Source of the DNA: an uncultured Gammaproteobacteria bacterium | GTDB lineage: Bacteria > Patescibacteriota > Microgenomatia > UBA1406 > GWC2-37-13 | DNA length: 64,000 nucleotides | Reading direction: 5' to 3' | Assembly (NCBI GenBank): GCA_964620925.1 | Contig: CAZUKL010000003.1 | Span: 4,230-68,229 of the forward strand | Shown: positions 16,636-24,509 of the stretch, in pieces | Layout of the letters: every line of letters begins with the position of its first letter | Position numbering within the stretch: position 1 is the stretch's first letter | Notes under the pieces: generated by a model | What the model was told of the DNA's origin: nothing | Databases searched by the model: none | The model's input: the letters and a program-made list of their open reading frames with translations, nothing else | Made by a program: the position numbers and the translations under genes

Positions 16636-16824
16636 TTATTTATGCTGATTGGCAAATGTATCCAACGCTTCTTTGCTTATCCTATATTGTTTACCGACTT
16701 TTATCGCAGATAGCTTGTGCGCTCTGACCCATCGATACACTGTCAGGTAGGCAACCTTCAGCATTGTAGCGACTTCTTCGATTGAGTAATACTGATCTTG
16801 AATCATAGAAATTATATTTATCAT
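16636..16824 (-). CDS. Excisionase-family / MerR-like helix-turn-helix DNA-binding protein
   Basis: 62 aa. YSIEEVATMLKVAYLTVYRWVRAHKLSAIKVGKQYRISKEAL is the typical excisionase-family HTH. Confidence 0.75.
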   Translation of the reverse strand: MINIISMIQDQYYSIEEVATMLKVAYLTVYRWVRAHKLSAIKVGKQYRISKEALDTFANQHK

Positions 16825-16837
16825 TATTTAACATTTA

Positions 16838-17971
16838 TCACTGAAAGTCAACTAGCTTTAGTGGTTCAAACTTGGTCAGATACCCACGGATTACAGCAAG
16901 TGGACTTATGGTCGGCGGTAACTGTATCTTTTTTGTTTCTGCGATCAGTCTATACCAGCTCCTCTGACTCTTGCGTCCAAACATGGCCCTTAGCTCACGT
17001 GGGTTTACCGTGTCAAAGACTTGCTTGAGGCCAAACATCTGCATGATCCGTTGTGGGCCCATTTGAGGATTTTTGACAATCAAGTCTGCCAACAAGGCCT
17101 TTGGTGTAGTGGACTTGTAGTCGAGTAATGCAGGGCGTTTACTTTCAATTTCATCCAGATAGTGCAAAAGGACTTTTTGCGATATGGTCGGGTCAAACAA
17201 ACTTTTGAAGGTTAGCTCCGACGAGATACCAAGCGTGCCGAAAAGTTGCCCGATCTTCTGACGTTTATTGAGTCGCACTTCCATACGCAATACTTCAAAT
17301 CGTTTCTTTTCTTTGATCGTATCAAAGAGACCTAGCTGTATCGCATTATCTTTTTCAAGTGCTCGCTTTTCACTGACTTTTGAGGCTTCAAGATCCTTTA
17401 TCTTGTCGTAAAAGGCTACTTCATATGAGTTGGCGTGCCATTTGTAGCTATGCCCATCATTGCGAAAGTCCGTCTGATTCACATCAAGAGACAGCTTTAT
17501 ATTTGCCTCTTTGATTTTGCTGATGATGTAATGAGGTGTTGTACCGTCTGTCAGGGGTATATTTTTAGCATAATGGACGGCTGACACATTAGCATTTTTT
17601 AGTGTGTCGTCCATGACCTTCACGCCCATATCTCTCAATCGTGACTTCAAAAGTCCGGCTACAGGGCCAAAGTCACCAGCAACCAGCTCATCAAAATTGT
17701 TACCAAACAAGAGCTTCGGTAGTGATAGCTCGACTTTTAGGGTAGGCTCACGCCCTCCCGTACCATTGAAACGATTTGTCAGCGTGAGACGTGGCTTATA
17801 GATACCGCTCTCAAGATCGCTCTTTTTGGGGTTCTGTTTTGCGATCGCAAACCCACGACCACGCATAGGTGATCCGTCACCCATAACAAACCGTGCGGAT
17901 GGTTCAAATAGGTCTGGTTCGTGGATATAGAACATACCTTTAGTCAGTGTTAATACAACGGTGTCGATCAT
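16838..17971 (-). CDS. Putative phage/plasmid replication initiation protein (gene II / CRI-like)
   Basis: The MIDTVVLTL... N-terminus, the size (377 aa) and the position in a mobile-element operon resemble the II/X replication family. Recalled similarity only. Confidence 0.35.
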   Translation of the reverse strand: MIDTVVLTLTKGMFYIHEPDLFEPSARFVMGDGSPMRGRGFAIAKQNPKKSDLESGIYKPRLTLTNRFNGTGGREPTLKVELSLPKLLFGNNFDELVAGDFGPVAGLLKSRLRDMGVKVMDDTLKNANVSAVHYAKNIPLTDGTTPHYIISKIKEANIKLSLDVNQTDFRNDGHSYKWHANSYEVAFYDKIKDLEASKVSEKRALEKDNAIQLGLFDTIKEKKRFEVLRMEVRLNKRQKIGQLFGTLGISSELTFKSLFDPTISQKVLLHYLDEIESKRPALLDYKSTTPKALLADLIVKNPQMGPQRIMQMFGLKQVFDTVNPRELRAMFGRKSQRSWYRLIAETKKIQLPPTISPLAVIRGYLTKFEPLKLVDFQ

Positions 17972-18236
17972 ACGATTTTGTTACATTTTCAAGTTTTTCA
18001 ATAACCGCCTGTTCGATTTGTTTTGTGACTTCCCGATTGATCGGATGGAAGATGTTGAAGTCTCCTTTGGGCCCTTTACGGGTAGGATAAGTCAGACGAT
18101 AGCCACCAGTAGGCCTGGTATATATTCCGATTGAGCTACAGTACAGACACCCATCAAAAACGAAGCTCGCAAACCCCACCAGCCCATTGCTAGGCTTGAT
18201 GGGCACTATTTGTATTTCATTTATTACGTGGGTCAT
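17940..18236 (-). CDS. spoVG: SpoVG family protein
   Basis: EIQIVPIKPSNGLVGFASFVFDGCLYCSSIGIYTRPTGGYRLTYPTRK matches the SpoVG N-terminal core. Confidence 0.7.
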   Translation of the reverse strand: MTHVINEIQIVPIKPSNGLVGFASFVFDGCLYCSSIGIYTRPTGGYRLTYPTRKGPKGDFNIFHPINREVTKQIEQAVIEKLENVTKSYDRHRCINTD

Positions 18237-18405
18237 GTTGTTTTCTCTCCTTTGCTCGGGCTATGCCTCTTTGAGTTGCGCGCCCGTGCATCAACTGGTA
18301 ATAGTCCTTCATAAACTTCTGAATGAGTAATACGAGTTCATCTTCTGTGTGTATTTTTTCTACCATTTTCAACCACCTCCTTTCTTGTTTTATTTTTTCT
18401 ATCAA
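18217..18405 (-). CDS. Small hypothetical protein
   Basis: ORF at the head of the minus-strand operon, overlapping the SpoVG-like start. No motif. Confidence 0.3.
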   Translation of the reverse strand: MIEKIKQERRWLKMVEKIHTEDELVLLIQKFMKDYYQLMHGRATQRGIARAKERKQHDPRNK

Positions 18406-18545
18406 TTTTTATGAGCAATGAAAAAAACTCAGTCAATTTGCTGAGCTCTGTTGAGGAAAGGATGTATCCCTGTTTACTCGTCGTTACGTTTTCGGTACTC
18501 ATTACCGATAGGATATAAAACAGGGTTGTAGCTAAAGTTAGCTAA

Positions 18546-19262
18546 CTATTTAGCCAGAAACCTGGGGTTCAACTGAACTGTAGTGAAGGGTTTTGCCAAT
18601 AAGAAGTCTTTCGTCTGTGTTTCTATTGCCACTTTGTCATTAATTTTGCGTACGGCGTTGTATATCTGTCTTGCCTTAAAGTTTTCAGGTTCTTCTCTAT
18701 TTTCTTCTATGATTTCGTCCCAAGACCACTTACGCTTTATGTTGGCAAGGTTTTTTAAAACTACACGGCAAACCATTTCTAGTTTTGTATTTAATGGAAT
18801 GATTATTGTCTTACCCTTAAAGGTTATGACACCTGTAGCTATGTCATACTGAGGTACTAGCGACCCTTTAGCGATTGCTAATTGTGCTTCCAAAAGTCGT
18901 ATTTGAAGCTCTGTCATATAAGCTTCACGCTCTTCTTTTTCTCTTTCCCATTTTGATTTTTTGATAGTTACTGGCGGGTCGTATCTCTCGAAATTAACTA
19001 AATCTATGTTTGGCGGTTCATATACTGGAAGTTCTGGCATTTTGATTGTTTCCAAAATGTCCAAAATAGGAAACTTGGGAGCAGTAATTGACTTGAAAGC
19101 TTCAAATAGGTTTGAGCTTGCTATTTCGGCAAGTGAAGTTCCGAGCTTGGCAAATTGTTCCTTATTTGCCTCTACAATCGGTTTTAATGCTTCTGTCCGT
19201 TTTTCAAGGGACATCTTGTCTAAATCGTATAGGGTTATTTTCTTATCTGATAATTTCGGCAT
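18546..19262 (-). CDS. Hypothetical protein, possible C-terminal winged-helix DNA-binding domain
   Basis: 238 aa with a coiled N-half. The C-half (KRKWSWDEII...QIYNAVRKINDKV...) is weakly wHTH-like. Confidence 0.35.
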   Translation of the reverse strand: MPKLSDKKITLYDLDKMSLEKRTEALKPIVEANKEQFAKLGTSLAEIASSNLFEAFKSITAPKFPILDILETIKMPELPVYEPPNIDLVNFERYDPPVTIKKSKWEREKEEREAYMTELQIRLLEAQLAIAKGSLVPQYDIATGVITFKGKTIIIPLNTKLEMVCRVVLKNLANIKRKWSWDEIIEENREEPENFKARQIYNAVRKINDKVAIETQTKDFLLAKPFTTVQLNPRFLAK

Positions 19263-19286
19263 AATTCATTACATTTTCAATGCTGC

Positions 19287-20180
19287 TTAAATATGTCTGC
19301 TCATCGACGTGCTTTGTATGCTGTAACTTACAAACCCATCGGTTACATTGGGCGTTATTGTCATTTCACCTAAACGACCCTTGAAGGTACTCGGCTCGTT
19401 TGGTGGCAGATTAGCCAATATATCGTTAGCTTGGTCAGCTAGCGTGACATAGAAATGCAAACATTTGGTTATTTTATCCAAGAGTTCTTTGTAAGGGATG
19501 TGACGATTTTTGCTAATTATCATCAAGCCGTTGTGGTCAAGGCAATAATGACCGTGCGAAAACGCATTACGAATATCCTTGTCATATATGTCGTTAAGAA
19601 TATCCTCTAAGGACACATTGGCTTTTTTGCTTTCCTTTATAACCTTTTGTATTCGGGCAATAATTGGCATTTCAGAAATTCTCAGTTTATAAGACAGCTT
19701 AGAAATAAGAGCCTTTTGTTTAGCAAAGTCAGTTTCCTTATCAATTTCAGCAAGTAACGCTTTTGTTTCTTCTTGGGTTAGGGCTTTATCTTCTGAGCTT
19801 CCAAATGGATGAAGTTGGTAATCTTTACCTTGAGCTAATAGAGAGAGGTTGTATAAAAACTCGAAAGTTGGGTAGGTTTCAATGATGTGGCAATAAACAA
19901 GTAACCCCATTTTGAAAAAGGAAGATACAGACATAATCTGAGGATTTGTATTTCTCAACATTGTGAGCTGGAAAAATAACCCAATCGTTTCACCCAGCTC
20001 TTTACTTACGTCATAGGAACTTAGGGTCATTATTCCTCTGAAATAGAGGATGGAAGACATTAGCTCTTTCTCGTCTTTTTCCTTTGCCCTTTTGATAAGC
20101 AGGGCAATAGTTTCGTGGTAGAGTTTTTTAGTTTCCTCTTTAGGAAATAGCTCGCTGTCTTTTGTTTTTGGTATTGCCAT
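19287..20180 (-). CDS. Hypothetical protein with HEPN-type R-x4-H motif
   Basis: DKDIRNAFSHGHY (R-N-A-F-S-H) sits in a helical C-terminal half. No other recognisable domain. Confidence 0.45.
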   Translation of the reverse strand: MAIPKTKDSELFPKEETKKLYHETIALLIKRAKEKDEKELMSSILYFRGIMTLSSYDVSKELGETIGLFFQLTMLRNTNPQIMSVSSFFKMGLLVYCHIIETYPTFEFLYNLSLLAQGKDYQLHPFGSSEDKALTQEETKALLAEIDKETDFAKQKALISKLSYKLRISEMPIIARIQKVIKESKKANVSLEDILNDIYDKDIRNAFSHGHYCLDHNGLMIISKNRHIPYKELLDKITKCLHFYVTLADQANDILANLPPNEPSTFKGRLGEMTITPNVTDGFVSYSIQSTSMSRHI

Positions 20181-20181
20181 A

Positions 20182-20919
20182 CTAGGTTAAGATTTCGGCT
20201 TGGTCTAGTAAATTCATCGCTAGACTACTAAGCGTTAGGTATTCATACGCTCTTTGTGGGTCATCTATCTTGGCATCAGAGGTATGACTTTTTTCGTTTC
20301 GAAACATATCGATAGCCATTGTTAAGAACTTCACACCTTCATTGAAGTCGTGGTCTACGTTTTGAGCGACGGCTCCTTTTATGTGTAGCTTGGTATTTCC
20401 AAAAGCCTTTGAGCCTGTTTCGTGTCCAGTCAGAACTCTTAACCTATCTCTGACAACCTTAAAGCCTTTCTCTACCGCTTCTGGGTATTCTTCTTTTTCG
20501 AACAAGCTGTAGCATTTGTTATAGATTTCTGGGTGTAATACTGATAAATCAGGTAGGGTTTGTGATTTACGTTTGTTGGGAACTTTACCAGTAAAATCTT
20601 GGTATTCTGGTTCATTTTGGATACTTAGAAAATAATCTTCAAATGCTGGAAGAAGCTCTATGTGGTAGGAACCGTCATCGGCTTCATTTAGCCCGTATCT
20701 GTTTCCAATCTCTTTTATCCTGTTTCCTGTTTTAATAATCTTTATTACTTTTTTGTCTTTTTCTAGCTTGGTAAATAGTTGGTCTAACTCAATTCCTCTA
20801 TAGCGATTGTTTAGGTCGTGGGTGGCGTGGATGATGAGAGGTTGACCAGTAGGAGCCAGCACCCGTGCATCTTCTATCGCATCTAAAAGAAAATAAAGTT
20901 TTTGTTTACCGTACATCAT
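20182..20919 (-). CDS. TIGR02391 / Hypoth_Ymh-like protein (HEPN superfamily) with about 115-aa N-terminal extension
   Basis: The C-terminal half (LHPEIYNKCYSLFEKEEYPEAVEKGFKVVRDRLR...FRNEKSHTSD...AYEYLTLSSLAMNLLD) fits the Ymh pattern with an R-x4-H motif. Confidence 0.6.
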   Translation of the reverse strand: MMYGKQKLYFLLDAIEDARVLAPTGQPLIIHATHDLNNRYRGIELDQLFTKLEKDKKVIKIIKTGNRIKEIGNRYGLNEADDGSYHIELLPAFEDYFLSIQNEPEYQDFTGKVPNKRKSQTLPDLSVLHPEIYNKCYSLFEKEEYPEAVEKGFKVVRDRLRVLTGHETGSKAFGNTKLHIKGAVAQNVDHDFNEGVKFLTMAIDMFRNEKSHTSDAKIDDPQRAYEYLTLSSLAMNLLDQAEILT

Positions 20920-20986
20920 ATTTCAATACATTTTCAATACTTATGTTTGTTTATCATATTTTATCAGTTTTTGCTACAATAAGCCT

Positions 20987-21874
20987 ATGGCAAATGCTCA
21001 GAAACCAGTGATAGGACAAGTAATTGACGAAAGAGGCCAATCCCACGATACAAGGAAGGTAATAATTAACAAATTAGAGAAAGCAGTTGGGCGTCCAGTG
21101 GTCTCTCTGTTTACTAGCTTCAAATATCCCGTTATTTTAAGTGATGATGATGCAGATATGCTGGAGGCAATTCTACAGACAATGAACTTACAGCGAGGTC
21201 TAGCCTTACTTTTAAGCTCACCAGGCGGTAGCGGTTTAGCTGCTGAACGAATAATTAACATTTGCAGAAAATACAGTGGTACAGGTGAATACTGGGTAAT
21301 AGTTCCAGGAAAAGCCAAATCTGCCGCAACTATGGTCAGCTTTGGTGCAAGCAAAGTTTTCATGGGGCCCGCTTCTGAGTTAGGTCCAATTGACCCACAA
21401 TTGTCCATTAAAGAAGATGGTAGGGACAAAAGATTCTCACTTTGTAATGTGGTCGAAAGTTATAAGGAATTATTTGAATTAGCTACGAAAGAAAAGGGCA
21501 ATTTACAGCCATACTTACAACAGTTGCAAAGATATGATGCAAGAGAAATCAAAGATTTTGAGGATGCAATTTCTTTGTCAGAAGACATAGCTATTAGAGC
21601 ATTAAAAACTGGGATGATGTCAGTAGAGACAGTGGCTAACATTAAAACGAAAATTAAGGTATTTCTAACGCCAGAAGAAACAAAATCACATGGCAGGCTT
21701 ATTGATAGAGAAAAAGCGGAAAGTTGTGGTCTTATAGTTGAGAAACTTACGCTAAATAGCAAGGTGTGGAGAACGTCTTATGAATTGTATGTCAGGTTGA
21801 ATACTTTTGTTTCAGCTCAAGTTGCAAAGTGTGTAGAAAACAGCCAACATTCATATGCAGTTAATATACAATAG
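20987..21874 (+). CDS. SDH-family (serine dehydrogenase proteinase) ClpP-fold serine protease
   Basis: LLLSSPGGSGLAAERII...VPGKAKSAATMVSFGASKVFMGPASELGPIDPQ matches the PF01972-type motif. Confidence 0.7.
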   Translation: MANAQKPVIGQVIDERGQSHDTRKVIINKLEKAVGRPVVSLFTSFKYPVILSDDDADMLEAILQTMNLQRGLALLLSSPGGSGLAAERIINICRKYSGTGEYWVIVPGKAKSAATMVSFGASKVFMGPASELGPIDPQLSIKEDGRDKRFSLCNVVESYKELFELATKEKGNLQPYLQQLQRYDAREIKDFEDAISLSEDIAIRALKTGMMSVETVANIKTKIKVFLTPEETKSHGRLIDREKAESCGLIVEKLTLNSKVWRTSYELYVRLNTFVSAQVAKCVENSQHSYAVNIQ

Positions 21875-21891
21875 TTGTAAACTGTACGTAT

Positions 21892-22077
21892 ATGAAAAAA
21901 ACAATCCACAGTGCAAAATCAAAAATGAGTAAGGAGCAGGGAAAGAGATTTTGCGAAGCTAAGGTTAGCTATGAGAAACTTCTGCAAGAGGTTTTGCCAT
22001 TTGTGCCAAGGCTTCAGTCAAAAGAGGCTAGTACAGCTGGTACATGGCAGAATACTTCTAGCCTTTTACTTTATTAA
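21892..22077 (+). CDS. Small hypothetical protein
   Basis: 61-aa ORF 17 nt after the protease gene. No motif. Confidence 0.25.
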   Translation: MKKTIHSAKSKMSKEQGKRFCEAKVSYEKLLQEVLPFVPRLQSKEASTAGTWQNTSSLLLY

Positions 22078-22233
22078 AGTACCGCCATATTAAAGGTTTC
22101 AAGTACCGTTTTAATATTTTCTAATCTAAATCCAAACTCAATTTCTCGGTTCTTAAACGCGTCTACCAGGGGGAGCACTTCGGCAAGCTCAGTGCAAGTC
22201 CTTCAATATATTCAGGACAAGCTAATTCTAAAT

Positions 22234-22542
22234 ATGAATACCGAGCCATGGTATGTATATTTACTTCTTTGTGATCAGAAAACTTTTTATGTGGGGATAT
22301 CAAATGATGTAAGAGAACGTCTACGAGGTCACATCTCAAAGCAATCATTTTTTACTAAAAAGTTTTCTGAAATCAAGCTAGTCTATTGTGAAAAGCACAC
22401 AGATAGATTTGAAGCAGCAAGACGAGAAAAACAACTAAAAGGTTGGACTCACACAAAGAAGCAAATGTTAGTAGAGCAAAAACTGGGCTATAATAGTTGC
22501 ACTGATCTTGTTGAAGCTCTGACGGACAGGATGAAGAACTAG
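22234..22542 (+). CDS. GIY-YIG nuclease family protein (UPF0213-like)
   Basis: WYVYLLLCDQKTFYVGISNDVRERLRGH...RREKQLKGW matches the GIY-YIG core. Confidence 0.8.
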   Translation: MNTEPWYVYLLLCDQKTFYVGISNDVRERLRGHISKQSFFTKKFSEIKLVYCEKHTDRFEAARREKQLKGWTHTKKQMLVEQKLGYNSCTDLVEALTDRMKN

Positions 22543-22711
22543 TGAGTTTTCAGAACGTTTTTTCAAGAGAAGCTCGGATTGAGCCTGGCGCGATTATTGA
22601 TCAGAGTGTTGTTCTTGAACAACCAACTATTAAAGGAACTGTTCAACTACATAAAGCAATCGTGTCTGGTCATCAAGCAAATTACAGTGTTTCCCAAATA
22701 TAATTCGCTTT

Positions 22712-23320
22712 ATGAGCAACTCTCAAGCAAACAAATCAAAATCTAATCAGACTGTCGCGTGGAAGCACATTTCTTCTAAGACTCTACTTAAGCACTCGCG
22801 ACTTAATGTGGTTGAGGATGTAATTGAATTGCCAAGTGGATCGCATGTTCCCTATCTAAAATTTACCGATGTGGGTGACGCAGTAACGTTGATTTGTCTT
22901 AAAAATGAGAGTGTATTAGTACAACGTGAATATTGCTACCCAATAGATGAGATTCTGCTCCAATTCCCTGGTGGGAAAATAGAAAAGGGTGAATCACCGG
23001 AGCGCGCTGCAAGACGCGAATTACATGAAGAGTCTAGCTACACAGTAGAAACTCTTGAGGTTTTAGGATGGTATTATCGTGACTATCGCCGATCTAACTC
23101 CCGCATCTTCGTAGTGCTGGCAAAAGATCTATCCTCAACAAGCCAAATACAAGGCGACGAAGAAGAATCGATAGAGTCATCATGGGTATCTGTAAAAAAA
23201 CTCGAGAGCATGATTAAGAATAATGGGGTGAGAAATTATTCTATGCTAGCCGGATGGGCAATGCTGAAAGCAGAGTTCGACGAAAATATTATAGATTTGG
23301 GAAATTCAGCAACACAGTAA
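22712..23320 (+). CDS. NUDIX hydrolase (ADP-ribose pyrophosphatase-like)
   Basis: Nudix box GGKIEKGESPERAARRELHEESSY. Confidence 0.8.
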   Translation: MSNSQANKSKSNQTVAWKHISSKTLLKHSRLNVVEDVIELPSGSHVPYLKFTDVGDAVTLICLKNESVLVQREYCYPIDEILLQFPGGKIEKGESPERAARRELHEESSYTVETLEVLGWYYRDYRRSNSRIFVVLAKDLSSTSQIQGDEEESIESSWVSVKKLESMIKNNGVRNYSMLAGWAMLKAEFDENIIDLGNSATQ

Positions 23321-23401
23321 TCTGTTGTGTCATTAAATCTGGCGCAAGAATTTCGCTATTCCAGTTTGCTTTCCGAAAATCGTTCCACTGCTCGAGCCCA
23401 A

Positions 23402-23533
23402 GTTGACAAGTACTGAAATTGAGGTTCGTATCAAAGGGTTTTGCGGCTTCGTATCGCACTTCATTCTCCTCTACTCTCAGGGACGATAGTACGAGCTTGA
23501 TTAACAGCTGTTTTTCTTCAACCCGAGTACCCT
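23402..23533 (-). pseudogene. 3'-terminal relic of a second, paralogous serine recombinase gene
   Basis: About 130 nt at about 80% identity (by eye) to 12899-13030. Encodes EEKQLLIKLVLSSLRVEENEVRYEAAKPFDTNLNFSTCQ against EEKRQLIKLVLQNLRVEGKVVRYEATKPFDTILNFSTCQ. The upstream part of the gene is missing. Confidence 0.8.
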
Positions 23534-23560
23534 ATTCGTACTCAGTGATACAATGGGCCC

Positions 23561-23776
23561 GTGAAAAATGGCATAGATTGTATCGGAGTTGCAGTGGGTG
23601 CAATGATTTTCAACGATGACAACGAACTCTTCCTGTCGAAAAGAAGTCAGAATAGTAAAAACGAAGGGGGCTGTTGGGAAGTCCCTGGGGGAGGAGTCGA
23701 GTTTGGAGAGAAACTAGCAGATGCAATCAGATTAGAGATAATCTATTATTCTCGTGAACATTTCAAATACCATTAG
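23561..23776 (+). pseudogene. Truncated NUDIX hydrolase (N-terminal half only)
   Basis: The Nudix box begins GGGVEFGEKLADAIRLEI, then runs into unrelated sequence and a stop. 71 aa, GTG start. Confidence 0.6.
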
Positions 23777-23794
23777 CATAGATTTTTTTGAGAA

Positions 23795-24373
23795 ATGATA
23801 CGATTCTTTCTACACGGTGGTGAGTTTGAAGATGGTGGCGGACTAGATTCAGACTACTTCTCTCAGCTTCTTCACTTTGATGACAAGAGGACCGTACACT
23901 TACTGCTTGTTTATTTCGCACGGCCAATCGCCAAGTGGCCGTATCTTTTTGAAGAAGACAAAAGGACTATCGATCAGTGCGCTATCGACTCAGTGGTCAT
24001 GCGAGAGGCTACGTTTGATGACTTCCCAAATGAACTTGTTTGGGCTGACGTTGTATTTTTCAAGGGCGGAGATGGTCCGATACTCACCGATCATCTTTCT
24101 CATTATCACGATCTTCGAGAAACATTTATGGGTAAGAATATTGGGGGCATCTCAGCAGGTGTGAACGCCCTATCGAAGTACTACTACAGTCGAAGAGGAC
24201 ACAGAGTGATAGAAGGACTAGGAATACTGAACATCAAAGCGTTCACACATTACGAGGACAGGTTGCAAGATGAGTATGACGACCTAGACCAGACAGGAGA
24301 AAAATTAGAAATCGTAACGATTCCAGAGGGCAAATTTGTACTAATAGAAGATCAGATCAGTAGTAGTCTTTGA
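23795..24373 (+). CDS. Peptidase S51 / peptidase E-like (class I glutamine amidotransferase-like) protein
   Basis: FFKGGDGPILTDHL...GGISAGVNAL pattern typical of S51 dipeptidases. Confidence 0.5.
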   Translation: MIRFFLHGGEFEDGGGLDSDYFSQLLHFDDKRTVHLLLVYFARPIAKWPYLFEEDKRTIDQCAIDSVVMREATFDDFPNELVWADVVFFKGGDGPILTDHLSHYHDLRETFMGKNIGGISAGVNALSKYYYSRRGHRVIEGLGILNIKAFTHYEDRLQDEYDDLDQTGEKLEIVTIPEGKFVLIEDQISSSL

Positions 24374-24509
24374 AAAAGCTAGTCATAACTGATTTCGACG
24401 AAATATGGCATTCCGTTAGGCATTCTAGCCTAACAGGTTGATTTTGCACCCACTGTGGCAGAGTCAAAAGGGTGAGGCTGCAGTTTTTCTACTCTGATAT
24501 GATTGCCTC

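Larger units (their letters stand above)
12894..23401. mobile_element. Integrated element / genomic island at the 3' end of tRNA-Asn (right end uncertain: about 22.18 kb or 23.40 kb)
   Basis: The serine recombinase abuts the tRNA. Cargo includes excisionase-like HTH, Rep-like, methylase/nuclease, HEPN-motif and GIY-YIG genes. The right half is visibly more A+T-rich than the flanks. A relic of a homologous recombinase starts at 23402. Confidence 0.65.

Noticed and set aside
22545-22700. Possible remnant of a left-handed beta-helix (hexapeptide-repeat) sugar-nucleotidyl/acyltransferase C-terminus (VSFQNVFSREARIEPGAIIDQSVVLEQPTIKGTVQLHKAIVSGHQ...)
   Set aside because: It is only about 50 codons, lacks a start codon, and the similarity is judged by eye from a generic repeat pattern. 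That is too weak to report as a feature, though it fits the patchwork nature of the island end.
12894-23401. Calling island 1 a prophage
   Set aside because: No capsid, portal, terminase, tail or lysis genes were recognised. Only integration, replication and defence-like genes are present, so it is treated as an integrative element or island.
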